NCBI GenBank assembly: GCA_050273025.1
Contig: CP158635.1
Span: forward strand, 15,810,001-15,874,000
DNA from: Cenococcum geophilum
Lineage: Eukaryota
Direction: 5' to 3'
Length of the DNA stretch: 64,000 nt
Made by a program: the position numbers and the translations under genes. How positions within the stretch are numbered: the first letter of the stretch is position 1; every line of letters begins with the position of its first letter. Shown here piece after piece: positions 63,163 through 64,000 of this stretch. The notes under the pieces are model-generated. The model ran no database searches. It saw nothing but the letters and a program-made list of their open reading frames with translations, and was not told the origin of the DNA.

Positions 63163-64000
63163 TATAAGGGCGTAAAGAGACTTTAGGGAAGATTTAAAGG
63201 AATAATATAAATTCTATCTAAATCTAAGGGTATATAGCTCTTATTAGGAACAAGACATTATATAAAGAAGAGAAAGGAATAATAAGAGGATTATATAATT
63301 AAATAGTTAGGGGCTTAGTAGTCGATACGTATATATATACGCACGCGGTCTTTAACAGACTTTAATAGAATTTAATTAATATGGCAGAATTTAGCAGAAT
63401 TTAGTTAAAGCGTTAAAATTTATCTGTTAAGTATTTTACTAAGACATTCCTACTATAACTGGGCTAGTCCTATTATAGTACCCCCCCTTTTAGCTAAAGG
63501 TCTAAATAATTTAATTTTAGTTAAGACTTATAACTTATCGCGTATTATATTTTTGCGTTAAGTAGTAGTATAGGGTTTTGCCGGTTCTAATTATTAAGTA
63601 GGCTAATTAGGATTTTCTATACCCGGTATAGAAAATCACTATTAGCTTAGTTAAGGTAGTAAGCTAAACTAATATCTTTATAGTAGGTCTTAGCAAGGCA
63701 ATTCTAACTAATTAAATAACTTTAACCGGCGGTTAAAGTTCCTTAATATCTTATATATTACGTAATAACATTATAAACGTTGTAATATATTTTAAGTTTC
63801 CTACTATTATAGTTCGTATATTTATATTAGGTAGCAGTTATTTACCTTTATATTATATCCATCCAACTAAAGTAGGTTGTAAAGAATGGTCTTTATAAAA
63901 TTCTTAAACTAGGGAAGGCGTATTAGTTTTAATTTAGTTATAGGTTTCCTAAGTTTATATTTTATATCCTTCCTACTTAATAAGTAGTTTAAATTATTTA
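63163..64000 (-). mobile_element. 3' end of Ty3/Gypsy chromovirus G (LTR, polypurine tract, 3' UTR, chromodomain); continues past the window
   Basis: Minus strand KLLIK*EGYKI*T*ETYN*IKTNTPSLV*EFYKDH at about 63885-63990; C-run polypurine tract complement at 63481-63491; LTR ends about 63477. The LTR left edge (63163 or 63242) is uncertain. Confidence 0.75.
63558..63753. promoter_or_regulatory. Conserved 3'-UTR palindrome module in G
   Basis: The same two palindromes at 63611-63637 and 63718-63740. Confidence 0.5.

Noticed and set aside
1..64000. Starship captain, intact host genes, rRNA or telomeric arrays
   Set aside because: No tyrosine-recombinase, rRNA or TTAGGG array signal was recognisable by eye. 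Heavy RIP limits sensitivity, so absence is not proven.

Overview
This is a eukaryotic, almost certainly filamentous-ascomycete, AT-rich transposon block. It carries a heavy repeat-induced point mutation (RIP) signature (CpA->TpA and TpG->TpA; Trp/Gln codons turned to stops, Cys to Tyr, DD motifs to NN). No intact host gene is present. LTR/TIR pairs and target-site duplications (TSDs) resolve a deep nest. A Mutator transposase remnant holds the 3' end of Gypsy F. Chromovirus C sits inside F and holds Gypsy D (6876-13939) plus two head-to-head copies of one chromovirus family, A (16318-28894, minus) and B (29499-48041, plus). A holds a 5'-truncated Tad1-like LINE. B holds an apparently full-length copy of that LINE, a Fot1/pogo transposon and a gag-only Copia-like element whose LTR holds a hairpin MITE. 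Further right are chromovirus E (54079-60193), a Tc1/mariner MITE, tandem repeats and the 3' end of chromovirus G. The left 6.4 kb is a RIP-inactivated multi-exon gene of unknown function and a duplicated AT-rich mosaic. Two signals stand out. (1) Two different chromovirus families each carry a spliced antisense gene with a Zn2Cys6-like cluster between pol and the 3' LTR. (2) Non-coding 3'-UTR modules (CCAAT-like box plus palindromes; a B-box-like segment) are shared between different Gypsy families in flipped orientations. All alignments and translations were done by eye; de-RIPed protein readings are inferences.
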